From: the human T2T-CHM13v2.0 reference genome, Homo sapiens
Reading direction: 5' to 3' (one strand)
Assembly (NCBI RefSeq): GCF_009914755.1
Contig: NC_060947.1
Length of the DNA: 64,000 nucleotides
A program made the position numbers and the translations under genes. Numbering within the stretch: position 1 is the stretch's first letter; each line of letters starts with the position of its first letter. Below the pieces are notes generated by a model that was not told where the DNA came from, did no database searches, and saw only the letters and a list, made by a program, of their open reading frames with translations. Shown piece after piece: positions 49,261 through 62,587 of the stretch.

Positions 49261-50878
49261 AGTGACTAAAATGCTTTCACCAAGAACTTTCTCTGAAGCA
49301 TCCTGTCAATTTTTGGGGAAACTTCTACTCAGATCTGCCCCAGTGATTTTCAATGTACGTATTGCCATATACTACCCTTTCAATTCTATAAATATTCATT
49401 GAATATCTACCATGTGGTAGCCACTACAGGAATGTCTGTCCCCGAGGAGCTCCAGAAATTGGTTTTGTGTGTAGTAACTTTATTTTATATATCAGTAACA
49501 CTTATTACTTTCAAGCAAATAAGTCAGCTTTCAAAGGATGCATCTGAGTAAGCTACTGACAAAGTTTTACCAACAAGATTTGATAGGTTATTTGTCTATT
49601 TGACAAATAACCTATTTGATAGGTTATTTGTTATTTAGTGTCCAGCATTAAGAGTCACTTTGTAGTCTCAAAAGTTTCCTCTACTGTGTTGATTGAAAAT
49701 TTAAAGACAACTTCATCATAATGAGGACACACCATCTTCTTTATATTCTGGCCTCTTGTATGATTTATATTCCTTATCTTTAAGTCCATTCTGTTCTGTC
49801 TACACCTACCTTTCTTATTTTTAATACACTTTTACTACACTAGTTAATCTTTGCTAAAAATCATAAAGTGGGATCAAAATCAGGAATTTGTGTCACATAA
49901 AAGCTAGAATGTAATGGGGATGGTATGAACTCATTATGTTGACCAATTGTAATGGCATTTTCTTTTTGGCTTATGTTACTGAAGTTGCATTGTAAGAAAC
50001 AACTAGAATTCTTAGAGTATTACAATTGTTGAAGTGAGAATATATGTAATAAACTTTGTGACTACTCTCTTCCTGCATAATTTCTGTGCTAGCAGTCAGA
50101 TATTTTTGATCCTGCAACTGTGGTCCAAACTTAGGTTTAGGGTCATTGTCAGGCCACCTTTATTGCTAGTCCTCTCCGATCCTTGACCAAGTTAATTGAG
50201 CTTTTTGTCTTCCAAGTCTCGGAAATTGGCCACAGTCTTACTTCCCCATGTTTTCTCCATTCTGTTGTGCTGCTTAGGATTAAATTCCTTCATGACCAAG
50301 TTTCCTCCAGCTTCTTGCCAGTCATCTCACGTCTGGTCTCATGTCTGAGCTACAGTCCCCTGGTGTTAGATCTCCCTTTATCTGACAGCTGACTTTCCTG
50401 GATCTTTATCTCCTACCTGAAGCCAGAGCCACAGAAAGTCTCCTCCCTGGAGGTGGGTTCTGTCTACTGAACAGAATCCATTCTTCGCTCTTCACAAACT
50501 GACTCTGTGCTACCTTTAACTTTTCTTCAGAGATTGTGGCAAAGAAGCTTCCCTGATTGCCGACTACATCCATCCCTTTGCCATGCCCTAACTATAAATC
50601 AGCACTATTTCTATAACTGCAAGTAAAACGCAGAGATAACTTTGAAAAATATATATTTCTTTATTGGTTTCTTTAAATTTGGCATATTATTTTATGAAAG
50701 AAATGCATGTGCCTATCAAATATAGTAAGCAGTGAACATCTCATCTTCTCCTTCCTCTGATCTCACTCCTTGGAGAAACTACATTTAACAGTCTGTCTAT
50801 CAGCAGTGGTATTCAACCCCCACTGCATCTTAGGATCACCTGGGGAGTTTTTCAAAATGCTGATATCTGTTCTCCACT

Positions 50879-51260
50879 CAGTGATCTGTTGCCAAATGTT
50901 TATCAACCAGAGCTGCAGGTTGGGAGGCTGAGTTGTAGTATTTGCTGATTTCCATGGCATAAATACTGTTTCCATGACAAATTTCAACATACCAATGTGA
51001 GATAGTTAAGTCAATCAGTGCAGAATTCCTGAAGATTTTTTTTTTATTATACTTTAAGTTTTAGGGTACATGTGCACATTGTGCAGGTTAGTTACATATG
51101 TATACATGTGCCATGCTGGTGCACTGCACCCACTAACTCGTCATCTAGCATTAGGTATATCTCCCAAAGCTATCCCTCCCCCCTCCCCCCACCCCACCAC
51201 AGTCCCCAGAGTGTGATCATGTCTCATGATCCTGTATAAGTTGGCTTCAGCAGACCACCG
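50879..51260. mobile_element. MER63-like hAT DNA transposon (preceded by MER5A ~50803-50878), interrupted by a young L1 end
   Basis: Degenerate TIRs cagtgatctgttg / cagcagaccaccg; internal taaatact..ccatg motif. Confidence 0.55.
51035..51217 (-). mobile_element. L1PA2-like 3' end (~185 bp)
   Basis: Near-identical to the young L1 3'UTR, with GAG (cactaactcgtcatct) rather than ACA/ACG. Confidence 0.9.
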
Positions 51261-51339
51261 CCTCCACCCTCATCCCGTTCCATAATAATTAAATCAGAAT
51301 ATCTGAGGACCTGTCCAAGGTAAGTTTGTCTCACACAGA

Positions 51340-51545
51340 GCCCTTGTAAAGTAGTGTTTGGCCCCTGGGTTTGTAACCTGTCTCTGTCATTTAATAGTGG
51401 TATAATGTTGGGAAACTTACTGTGCCTCAATTTTCTTCATTTGTAACATGGGAATATTAATCATGTCTACTTTATAGGATAATTCTGAGGATTAAAATAA
51501 TTCATGTAAGACACTTAGAAGAGTTCCTGGCATATTAGGAATTTT
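51340..51545 (+). mobile_element. MIR
   Basis: tgtgcctcaattttcttcatttgtaacatggg core. Confidence 0.75.
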
Positions 51546-52882
51546 TACTCTCTCTTAACTCAGTTTCTTCATATCAACTAGACCTCTTTGAGAAGACTGT
51601 CCAAACTTGACTCTGGCTACAATTTTTAGTGTTAATTTTTGTGTGTGTTAAGTTATTCAAAGCAACTCAGGAGTTCTGTGCTGGAAAAAATTAAAGATGG
51701 CTTAGATTGAGAATTTAGACTGAGTACAAATAAGAATTTTAATTAAAACCACAACTCAAATTCATAGAATGGTATATTTCATTCCCTACACCATGCTAGG
51801 GTAAAGAGGGTTAGTGAACATTTGATTAGGGAGAACATTTCCTTTTCACCAATATTGTGACCCTAGGTAAAAGATGCTAAAAACATACTCCTCTGAAGAT
51901 GCTTCACTCCATGAATTAAATACAGGTTTGGTCATAAATAATTACCCTGAAATGAATTTCTGAAGGACAGATAAAGCATTCAGATTCACCATTCATATAA
52001 TCAAAAAGCTTGATCTTTTAAAATAAAACCTCTAAAATAATAAATAAAAAATTTAAAAAAACTCTATTCACTTTTAATAAACAAATTTTAGAACCTGAAA
52101 TCACCTTAGAGATCATTCTCTACTGAATTAAAAGTGAAGGACTTGCTGCTAATTAGATCTGATGTATAAGCAAGTTCGGAACAATCCCATGGCATTTTCT
52201 CAAATATTCTTAGGCTCTCAGTTATTCTCTCCATCAACTGAGCTTTGACTTTTTTTTAATGCTCAAAGTTCCTGCTAACCACACTTTACCAGGACACTTG
52301 GAACAATGGGAGACTTAGTAAACAAGAAAATAAAGGAAAAATAATTGAAGGTTATTTCTAAATAACATAATTGGACAAGCTTGGAAATGCCCTCCTGCAG
52401 CAACAGAGCTTACAAGATAATATGTAGGATTCAACTCCAGAGCAAGTTGATCTAACTTATAATGATCTAGTTTGTATAAATAATCCACATTCCCACAGCT
52501 CTTCTAGACTAAACACTGTTTATAGTGGAAAGAGTAGGATAAAATTACTGTGTAGGCTAGCTTACAGAGTAGCAATTATGCTCTCAGACTTGGATATTTT
52601 ATTCTGTGGTTTTCTTTAAAAGTGTTTTTAAATTTGTATATGATGTGAAGTATCAGGGAGTAGAGGGAGGTGAACCAGCATTTTTTTTTCCATATATGTC
52701 TGTGTCTATTTCTGGACTTTCTATTCTGTTTCTTTTATTTATCTTTGCCAATATCCAAACTGCCTTGATTACTACAGCTTTTAATAAGTCTTAGGTAATA
52801 TTTTTCCTCCAATTTTCTTCTTTATTTGATAAATTTGTTTTGGTGAATCTAGGTGCTTTGTGTTTCCACATCAATTTTTAAA

Positions 52883-53915
52883 AATTTTTTATTATACTCT
52901 AAGTTCTGGGATACATGTGCAGAATGTGCAGGTTACATAGGTATACACATGCCATGATGGTTTGCTACACCCATCAACCCGTCATCTACCTTAGGTATTT
53001 CTCTTAATGCTATCCATCCCCTAGCCCCCCCACCCCCCATAGACCCCAGTGTGCGATGTTCCCCTCTGTGTGTCCATGTGTTCTCATTGTTCAACTCCTG
53101 CTTATGAGTGAGAACATACGGTGTTTGGTTTTCTGTTCTTGTGTTAGTTTGCTGATGGTTTCCAGCTTCATCCATGTCCCTGCAAAGGACATGAACTCAT
53201 CCTTTCTTATGGCTGCATAGTATTCCATGGTGTATATGTGCCACATTTTCTTAATCCAGTCTATCATTGTTGGACGTTTGGGTTGGTTCCAAGTCTTTGC
53301 TATTGTGAATAGTGCTGCAATAAACATACGTGTGCATGTGTCTTTACATCAGCATGATTTATAATCCTTTGGGTATATACCCAGTGATGGGATGGCTGGG
53401 TCAAATGGTATTTCTAGTTCTAGATCCCTGAGGAATCGCCACACTGACTTCCACAATGGTTGAACTAGTTTACAGTCCCACCAACAGTGTAAAATGTTCC
53501 TATTTCTCCACATCCTCTCCAGCACCTGTTGTTTCCTGACTTTTGAATGATCGCCATTCTAACTGGTGTGAGATGGTATCTCACTGTGGTTTTGATTTGC
53601 ATTTCTCTGATGGCCAGTGATGATGAGCATTTTTTCATGTGTCTTTTGGCTGCATAAATGTCTTCTTTTGAGAAGTGTCTGTTCATATCCTTCACCTACT
53701 TGTTGAGGGGGTGGTTTGTTTTTTTCTTGTAAATTTGTTTAAGTCTTTTGTAGATTCTGAATATTAGCCCTTTGTCAGATGGATAGATTGCAAAAATTTT
53801 CTCCCGTTCTGTAGGTTGCCTGTTCACTCTAATGATAGTTTCTTTTGCTGTGCAGAAGCTCTTTAGTTTAATTAAATCCTATTTGTCAATTTTGGCTTTT
53901 GTTGCCATTGCTTTT
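52883..53915 (-). mobile_element. L1PA 3' 1 kb (PA6/7-like ends, younger middle)
   Basis: ORF2 C-terminal fragments in ORFs 53091..53327 and 53465..53695. Confidence 0.95.
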
Positions 53916-54020
53916 GAGAACCAGCATTTTTTAAAGTTGTTATTTCACACAGAGTACTATGGGTAGCAGTTTCCATAGGCTGTCCTATGAAGTTTCATGA
54001 CAACTACAGAAGTTAGGTTT

Positions 54021-56959
54021 TTTTGTTTGCTTTTTATTTTTGATGCAACTCAGTAATTTTTATTGCAACTGGAAGATAATACATTGCAGAAACTTATGGT
54101 AGGTCTGGGGAAAAGTGTTATTTACAAAAAATGATGAAATAGTTTGTCTTTGGCAATATGATTACATACAAAGAATGCAAAATGCAGGTATGCATACCTT
54201 CCAAGCAACACCATCAAGTCCCTAGAGTTTGGCTGATTGTGCCTGCCTCCATATTGTTTCTTTAGGTTCACACGAACATAACTGAACATCACATTCTTTC
54301 TCCTTTATGGTTCTCCCTTTCTATTCATGATATTGGCATGAGTATCAGAAAAAAATGGCTTTTGAAAAATTATTACTCTGGTAAATTAATTTGGCCATGT
54401 AGGTCTATTGACCAGCCAAGGTCAGATAACCCTAAGCATCAATAGTAAGCCTCTTGGTCTTCTGATTGCTTTTATCACTTTTTTTTCTGTAAAACAAAAC
54501 AAAACTCAGAAATGTTACAGAATCAGAGTATTAAAAAATGTACAAGTGTATATGCTTCCCAGACACACATGGATACATTTTTCCTCCACATTTTCATGAT
54601 GGCAGTATTAAGTAGTGAGTATGAATGACACAGCATGAAACTGGTTACTGAATCAGCTATGAGCTCAGATGGCCTCAACATACATACTCAAGAAATGTTG
54701 CATGTTTAAATAACTGAGAGTGTGCTAAATCTCATCTAATAAAAGGAGGAGAGGGGCTGGGGAACTCAGAACACAGTCATGTAAATCTAAGGGTTGGGCC
54801 TGAACGATGATTACTTTGCACACGTGCCTTCTAGGTGCTGAATGTGTGTTCCAGTAGCATTGACGTTGACCTCCTTGCGGATTCAGCCACAGGTTTCTGA
54901 CAAGCTTGAGGAAGCAATGGTAATTTTAGCTTTTTCGGTTTTGTCTTCAGATAATGAAAAGCTTTTGTAAAACAGCTGAGTGTCAATATGAGTTATATGG
55001 CTTCAATCTCCTTTAAAAATAAAATTCTTAAGGGTCCAAAACAAAGAAGAGGGGGCAAATTAAAAAAAAAAAGGAAAAAAAAAGGAAACCAAACCAAAAA
55101 CAAAACAAGAAAAAAGAAAAAAAAATGCTGATATTGCCACAAATCATTAGAAATCTCCTGACATGCTGAAACCAAATGGCCTTAAGTTCAAAACAAAACA
55201 GTGACTTGTTTTTAATTTTTTTGTGATTTCGTTTTGCTCTTCCTGCCCCTTTGCCGTCCGATTGGTGATGTTATTCAAACAGGATCGGATCTCTGCTAAG
55301 TGCAGGAGCGACCCCGCCGCTTCTTTAATCTCCTCTTCTTCGCCCTGGTGGGGGGCGGTGCGGGGGCGGTGCTTTACAGTGCGTCTCTTTTTGAGGGGCA
55401 GTGTGTCGCTGGGGACCTTCCTGGCCTTAGCAAAGTCCTGGCGTTTCTTGTGCTGGGATGCGTACCCGCTGTCCCCCAGAGCATCCCTGGGCTCCTTCTG
55501 GCTGTGTTTCCTGTCGTCCTCTTCCCTGTCGCTGTGGCTCTCGTGGCTCCGGAAGCTCCCCTCGCTGCCCTCATTGCCCTCCTGGCTCTCCTTGCTGGCA
55601 AACTTGTAGTGGTCGTCGGCCAAGGAGGAGGAGGGGATGGAGTCGCTGGTGGGCAAGGTGCTCCGGGCGTTGGAGGATTTGGCATTGGTGCAGTTGTGAT
55701 CCTCCTTAGGGTCTCCGCTAACCACCGGGGAGCCACACGATGGCTCGCTCTCAGTCCGCATCCGGCAGCTGGTGATGCCGTACATCATGGCAGCCGTCAT
55801 CTCAATGGGACTGATCGGCAGCTGCCGCACACCAGGAAACAGTCCTCTCAGCTCAGGACCCGCGCTCCGTTTTGTATCACTCCTGGAGGAAAACCTGCTT
55901 GTATTTCAGGGGGAGTCCCATGGCCCTGGTAGCATCAATGTCAGGATCTTGGAGAAGGGCTCCATTTCTCTTGAAGAAGGTACTGCCCGGCCAGACGGGT
56001 AGACCTGATGTGCTTTGATATGCCTGAGGACAGGTGGGAGGTGTATTGAACACGTGTGGATGTGGGTGTGGGAGATAAAGTGTCTTTTTCAAAGCCTGAG
56101 TTAGATTTTGTCTATACTCTGGGTCTATGCACCACAACGACCCTTTCCCAATACTCTGACTCCTCTCTTCGTCCACTTTCTTAAAATCCTTATTCAATGA
56201 CAAATTGTGTCTCACTGAGTATTTCCACCCAGTAGGTGCATTTGCAAAATATGGAAAATGTTTCAAGATCCAGTTGTAAATATCTTTCACAGGCAGGCGC
56301 TTGGTTGGAGAGTCCTCGATGGCCATAAATATGAGGCAGCTAAAGGAGTAAGGGGGGATTGCAGTTGGGGTTCTGCCTGGCATCCTAGGGCATATCAGAG
56401 TGGGTGGGGACGGTGGCTGTCATCGTCCAGGCCCTGGACCGGGCTGACACTCGAGGATCGACTCCCCAAAGCTCTTCAGCAAGTTCTTGCTCTCATGCAG
56501 CCAGCTCAGGTTGGTCAGCTCTTCATCTTCCATGGTCTCCTCTTTCAATAGGATGTCAGGCAGAGAAAAGTCGAGGTCATCATCTTCCTAAAGGGCTTGG
56601 AGAAACCACTGCCCCAGTAACACTGACTCAGTCCACTGGAGACACTAACTCCTGAGCTTTCTGGCATCTTACTGGGAGGCATGGCGGGACCCATATACAT
56701 GAAGGCTCCTGAGTCAGAATGGGTCCAGGAAACCGAGGTCCGCATTGCTTCCGTCACAGAAGGACAGAAGGGCCTCCATAATCACGAGAATGCTAGTCTT
56801 CTAGGGGCTTCTATCACCTGGCCCCGCGTTGCTTCTCACGGCCGCATTCCGGGGATGCGGCGACGCTGGACTCACCTGTGGCCCAGCCGCTGGGTCGCTC
56901 AGTCTCCCAGCCGAGCTGCTGCCGGAACCCCGGCTCCTGTGCCCGGCGCCCGCCCGGGC
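54021..56959 (-). pseudogene. FOXN3: Processed FOXN3 (CHES1) pseudogene: 5'UTR, disrupted CDS 56694-55212, 3'UTR, decayed poly-A
   Basis: Intronless [50 protein letters not shown]; frameshifts and a TAG; AATAAA at 54059-54064; TSD cagaagttaggttt at 54007-54020 and 56960-56973. Confidence 0.97.
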
Positions 56960-57973
56960 CAGAAGTTAGGTTTCGAATTCACTAAAGGTTTAGGATTAAT
57001 AGTTCGTGAAACTGTTTTACACATTTCAGGGTGACTCCAAAATTCTTCATCAATATTAGACTCATGCTGCTTATGAAAATGCAAAACAAATGCAGTTTTT
57101 CTACAAGATCATTATAAGCTTATGTATTTGCCTTATACATACTTTTGTAATTTCCACTGAGAGTAGAAATCATCAAATCTTACTCATCTTTGCATCTCTC
57201 ACTAAGCATTATAGCCTAACACAGAGAGGTGCCCATTAAATGTCTGTTAACAAAACAACAGACATCAAAGGAAAGCTTTAGATCTGGAATAACTAAAAAT
57301 ATTCTGACATTATTTGGTATATGTTAAATAGTTCATAATAAATTTTATTATAATTTAAATAGTGCATAATAACATTTTAAAAATCCATGCAACAAGAATC
57401 TCTCATATGATGAATTCCTAGAAATGATGCTGCAAGTTCAGAGGTCTGTAAATTGTGTAAAATGTAAGTGGTGAATATTTTTCAAACAAATGTATATTGT
57501 GAAATTCAAATATTATAAACTATTTAATTTACAAAACAAAATACAAAGAAGAAAGCAATCATGATTACTTCCTTAACTCAGCAATGGCAGCAATATTCTT
57601 AATCTTCATTACTACACACAAACACACACATGTAGTAATATGTGTTGCTCATCCTATGTACCAGTGGAATACAGGATAAGGGATGTGGCCTACTTAAGGT
57701 GCTGTAAAGAGAAATGGGTCTGTTTCTTACTCTAGCGCTCTATCCAACAGATTAACATCTATTTATTCTTCTGAACACCTTTCCTAATTAGCCTCCAGAG
57801 AAATCAGTAGGCATTATTTTTGTTGACATTCCCAATCTTCTTAAAACAATTAAAGAATGGGGGCAAGGAAATGAGCACATCAATGACATGCAAAAAAAAG
57901 GAAAGAGTTCTGTTGTTGAGGTCCTAAATAGTAACGATCACTCTGTTATTATCTAACTCTTCTTCCCCAGAAG

Positions 57974-58665
57974 CTATTGTCTTTGAATTTGCACAACAAC
58001 AAAGTTTGCTGGCTGGATGACCTGTCTAACATTATAAAGAAGGCCCCGAAAGTCAAGATCCTGAACCTCTCCAAAAATGAGGTGACAAGAAAGGGCCAGA
58101 TCAAATTTGGGTTGAGGGTAAATTATAGTGCACATCAGGATGATAACAAGAAATAGGATCCCCAGCAGACACAGGCCAGCTCCTGGAAATGCCCTCACTG
58201 GCCAGACCACCCACTGCTGCTCTTCTTTTTCTCCTAGGAGCAGCTTGTGCAAGTACTTCAAGGATAGCAGAAATATAAAAACTCTCAAGCTTGTGATGGG
58301 GAAGACTGGGCAAGGTAAGGGGGTGTGATGGGAGCAATCACAGGGGCCAAGGGCCAGAGTGTGGCAGCACCCCCCCCCTAAAAAAAACCTTGCTTCTCCT
58401 CTCCTCTACAGACCTGTGGGGGCAGCTGCTGAAGCACACAAAACATGACATTGTGGACTCCCTCAGTGTGTTGTCCAAAACTCAGCATGACCTCAGCTCC
58501 TTCCTGGTGGACATGTGTTACCAGAAGGCAAGCACCTGCTTACTCCCTTGGACAGGCCCTGAGAGCCAGAGGTGGGTAGGAGGTTAAGGGGGATCCTGAG
58601 CACTGGAGCTCTTCCCTTTCAGAAATGGATGCTCTACTTTTCTGTCTACGGTGTGTTGAAAGAAG
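57974..58665 (+). pseudogene. NXF-family (NXF2/3/4/5-like) exon remnant: 57974-58081, 58238-~58290, 58412-58527, 58623-58665; probably part of the NXF4 locus
   Basis: LLSLNLHNNKVCWLDDLSNIIKKAPKVKILNLSKNE (LRR); SSLCKYFKDSRNIKTLK, LWGQLLKHTKHDIVDSLSVLSKTQHDLSSFLVDMCYQK, KWMLYFSVYGVLKE (NTF2-like); polypyrimidine-AG acceptors. Confidence 0.9.
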
Positions 58666-60210
58666 GTGAGTGTCTGTAGAGTCCCCTCCCCAAATCCCCC
58701 ACTGCTCCTTCCCCCTGGCTGGGCTCCCTCTCAGAACTCTCCCAGCTTCCCTGACCCCTTTTGTTCCCTTCCTATTCACCCTGTGTTCTTCCGTTCCCAC
58801 TCTACTCCCAAAGAATTACCTGTCTTATTGCTAAGTCATAAATTTAATAAAAGTTTAGAAATACTTTCTATATTGCCAAAAGAAAAAAATATTAAAATCG
58901 GAAAAGCTGGAAGAACATATTTGCAACAATATTGCAGACTTTGTGTTAATATCCCTGTGCTAAAGGACTTTTGCTTACCAGGAGAAACTGTAACAAATAT
59001 CAACAGTTAATTTCCCTGAAAAGCAAAATGATTCTATAATAAACATCTGCATCCAAACCACATTTGGTAAAGAAATGAGAATTAAAAGATGTCACAATAT
59101 GTGAAAAAATCAGTTTGCAGAAAATTATGTGACTTCAAATTCTTAAAAGAATATATATGTATAGTATATATATATGTATGTTTGTTACTTACAAATATTT
59201 TAAGGTAGGTAAACATCTGCCTTGCATGTCTAGAAAGTGTGTGCCAGATTGGTAAATAGATTACAGTGACTATCTTTAGGTCATCGTGAGGTGATCATAT
59301 TGATAGAAAGTGCAGAATGACTTTATTTTCAAAATATACATTCTATAGTGTTGAATATTTTATAATTAGGCAAACTTCAGGGACAGCAAGTAGCTGGTGA
59401 TTCTGCAAATAAGTTTTCTCCTCTTCCATAAAGGAATACAATGTAATGCATTGGACAAAGACTGAATAGCTGAGCTCTCTGTTTGTAACAAGTACCTGGG
59501 TCTGAGGCCCTGATTGTAGCTAACCAATTCTGCAAGAGTATTTCCCTTGGAAACGGCTCCCTGGGGGTTAGGCTGGTAGCGAACTTAGGGGGCAGTAAGA
59601 AAAGTAAATTCAGTCTCCTCTAGCCCCCAGAGGTCTCCTCTCTATGCCTTTGAAGAAGGGACTTCCTGTAAGGACTCCATCTTGTCCACTAACAAAGTTG
59701 CTTTGGACTTGCTCTCACCTTCCTCAGCTGCCCTCCCCAAACTTCTGCAAACCCCGAGCTCTAGACCACACAGATTCCCCTTAAGAGAGCCCTGTGTGGA
59801 CACTGGTGAAAGGTCACTGCCTTAAGGACACACCATGGGTGAGTTGGTCAGCATGAAGCCTTGGCTTTAGGTCCCTACAGGGCAGGAGGGACTGAGCCCC
59901 CTCCCCACCTCCATTCCAACCCACATGACACCTAGCGGACTCTCCTTTAAATGGGAAGTAGCAAAAGCCCAGGCTGACTGTTTCCCACTCTCTTGAGGTC
60001 TTGGCCCTAGTGGGTCCTGACATATCCATAGTGGCTCCACATGGAAAACTTCCCCTCCTGTGGTTATGGAAATGGCTGAGCCGAGATGTTCCCCTGGTTT
60101 AGGGGAAAGGTCTGAGTCCTGTGATCCTCTCTGGTCCAGGATTTGGGGAGTGAGGAGTGTCACCTGAGGTGAGGGATATTGGAAATTAACATTTTTGAGA
60201 TTTATACTAG

Positions 60211-60700
<490 letters not shown>

Positions 60701-61549
60701 TTAAGTAAATTTTGTTAGTCATGTTTTTTAAATCTTCTTCACCTACTGGATTTTGTGGCTGTTTTATTTGTCATTCAGTGAAGTATGTTTAAGTTTCCTA
60801 CTGAGAATGTGGATTTGTCCATTTCTTCATTTACTTCTGTCAGTTTTTACTGTGCATTTTTTTCTCCATTTAGTTCCATCAATTTATTGTCATGTATATT
60901 TTGGCTTTGTGCTAAAAAGTACATACAAATTTGTTTTATTAACATATTTATGTTGAATTAAACCATTTGTCATTACAAAATATCCCTTCTTCTAGTAATA
61001 TTTTACTGAAAGTATATTTTTTCTCTTATGAATAGTTATACCAGCTTTCATTTCATCAGTGTTTTAATGGTATATTTTTTGCCATTTTTTTTTCAAATGT
61101 CTTGTGTTTTGTTTTACATATGTTCCTATTAAGGAGCATTTGATTGAATTAATTTTTAATTGAGTCTTATGATCTCTGCTTTTTTATTTGAAACCTTCAG
61201 TACATTACATATAACATAATTCCACATAAATTTGGCTTAAATATAACATTTTTCTGTTTGCTTTACATCTATTTTCCTATCCTAATTTTCTCTTTTCCTT
61301 TGTAAAATTTAAAATTATTATTTTTAAATTATTAATTTTTGCCTCATTTGGATTGATAATGTGACATTCTTCTGTCATTTTTGTAGTCTACCTTTTGGAT
61401 TACAACATCCATTCTTGCCTCTAATGTACATTAGTTCTTTTACATATCCTTGGACAACACAGGTACCTTCCAATATTTTAACTCTTTTAATGCCCCTCCC
61501 AATATATTGGTGTGCATTTTTAACTATATATATTTATATATTTAAATTC

Positions 61550-61844
61550 CTTTTTAAAATTATTTTTAATTTTTAATCAAGTTCTGGGCTACATGTGCAG
61601 GGTGTGCAGGTTTGTTACATAGTTAAACATGTGCCATGGTGGTTTGCTGCACAGATCAACCCATCACCTAGGTATTAAGCCCAGCATGCATCTGCTATTT
61701 TTCCCAATGCTCTGCCTCCCCGACCCCACCCCTCCAACAGGCCCCAGTGTGTGTTGTTCCCCTCCCTCAACAAACTAATGCAGGAACAGAAAACCAAACA
61801 CCACATGTTGTCACTTATAAGTGAGAGCTGAACAATGAGAACAC
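61550..61844 (-). mobile_element. Short L1PA 3' end with 5' inversion
   Basis: Minus part 61550-61767, plus part 61768-61844; TSD atatttaaattc. Confidence 0.9.
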
Positions 61845-62056
61845 ATATTTAAATTCTTTAAAGACATTATCACTGTATTATATAATCAATATTCATTTAG
61901 ATTTTCCTACGTATTTGCCAATGTAATTATTCTTCATTCCTTCTTGTATTTACTTGCCTCAATCTGGGATCGTATTTCTTTGGCCTGAGGATGAATCTTT
62001 AGTTTTGAGTTGACTGGTGACAAATTTGCTTAGCTTTTGTTTGCATTAAAATGTCA

Positions 62057-62364
<308 letters not shown>

Positions 62365-62373
62365 GTCACAAGT

Positions 62374-62579
62374 AGCCTGGAAAACATGGCAAAACCCCGT
62401 CTCGACAAACAAAAATTAGCCAGGCGTGGTGGTGCATGCCTGTAGTCCCAGCTACTCTAGAGGCTAAGGTGGGATATTGCTTGAGCCCAGGAGGCAGAGG
62501 TTGCAGTGAGCCAACACCGTGTCACTGCACTCCAGCCTGGGCAGCGACAGAGTGAGACTTGTCTCAAAAAAAAAAAAAA
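62374..62579 (+). mobile_element. 5'-truncated AluJ
   Basis: gcttgagcccaggagg J-type motif; poly-A. Confidence 0.9.
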
Positions 62580-62587
62580 GTCACAAG

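Noticed and set aside
55300-55932. 210-codon antisense ORF over the FOXN3 retrocopy
   Set aside because: Shadow of GC-rich former coding sequence; non-ATG start and no independent support
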